Of a DNA stretch of 64,000 nt, positions 63,720 to 64,000 are shown one piece after another. The stretch lies in contig CACOIH010000001.1 in the NCBI GenBank assembly GCA_902627245.1, forward strand, positions 29,376-93,375, given 5' to 3'. Each line of letters opens with the position of its first letter. The first letter of the stretch is position 1. This DNA comes from an uncultured Alphaproteobacteria bacterium (GTDB lineage: Bacteria > Pseudomonadota > Alphaproteobacteria > HIMB59 > GCA-002718135). The notes under the pieces were generated by a model, which was not told the origin of the DNA, made no database searches, and saw only the letters and a program-made list of their open reading frames with translations. The position numbers and the translations under genes were made by a program.

Positions 63720-63820
63720 TTCTTACTTACTTTTTTTAATTTCAGATAACTTAATATTAACAAGCTAAAAATAAGAATAAACGCAGAAGCATAAGCGAAT
63801 AAAATATACCAAAAATACAT
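63716..63820 (-). CDS. ccmD: Probable CcmD (short; no in-frame ATG; not in ORF track)
   Basis: Frame reads FWYILFAYASAFILIFSLLILSYLKLKKVSKK*; its TGA overlaps the ccmE ATG (ATGA); lies between ccmC and ccmE. Confidence 0.7.
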   Translation of the reverse strand: MYFWYILFAYASAFILIFSLLILSYLKLKKVSKK

Positions 63821-63884
63821 ATTTTGCTCTTATCAAATTATTTCAATAAATATATCTATTCTAAGGGACTAAAAGTCACAAAAG

Positions 63885-64000
63885 CTAGAGATTTTGTTCT
63901 CTAATAATTATTTGAGTTCTAATCCTCAAAATTGCAATTGTAATACCTATAAAAATAAAGGCTACAGTCATAATTATTAATGGAGCCATCATTGATGGGT
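63885..64000 (-). CDS. ccmC: 3' end of heme exporter CcmC (partial)
   Basis: PSMMAPLIIMTVAFIFIGITIAILRIRTQIIIREQNL*, typical of the last CcmC helix; upstream of ccmD/E. Confidence 0.75.
   Translation of the reverse strand, partial: PSMMAPLIIMTVAFIFIGITIAILRIRTQIIIREQNL

Noticed and set aside
1-64000. CRISPR arrays, IS elements, rRNA genes, long DNA repeats
   Set aside because: None seen; almost all sequence is explained by coding genes, and FG-GAP/TPR repeats exist only at protein level.

Overview
Very AT-rich, tightly packed chromosomal segment from a genome-streamlined, probably marine alphaproteobacterium (SAR11/Pelagibacterales- or HIMB59-like; inferred from composition, gene order and gene content). 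It spans the probable replication origin (maf-rho intergenic region, parS sites, mnmE-mnmG-rsmG-parA-parB) and many core genes (dnaQ, coaE, aroE, holA, leuS, ftsK, purH, acs, tsaD, argG, folD, ccm). It also holds a retinal cassette (crtI-crtB-crtY-blh) with no opsin, tRNA-Gly(GCC) followed by a small surface-modification islet, three sulfotransferases and an rpoE-chrR pair. The main signals are departures from the usual alphaproteobacterial gene order. (1) Heme-synthesis genes are missing from two separate conserved loci (hemE/H/J beside rho; hemC/D beside Mic60-hemY) while ccm genes are kept, which suggests heme auxotrophy. (2) An intact T4-type lysozyme sits in the slot normally held by mltA. 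(3) The ChrR anti-sigma domain lacks its zinc ligands. (4) The origin carries four identical AT-shifted DnaA-box-like 9-mers. No CRISPR array, rRNA, transposase or prophage was seen. Calls rest on motif recognition and recalled synteny; no database searches were run.
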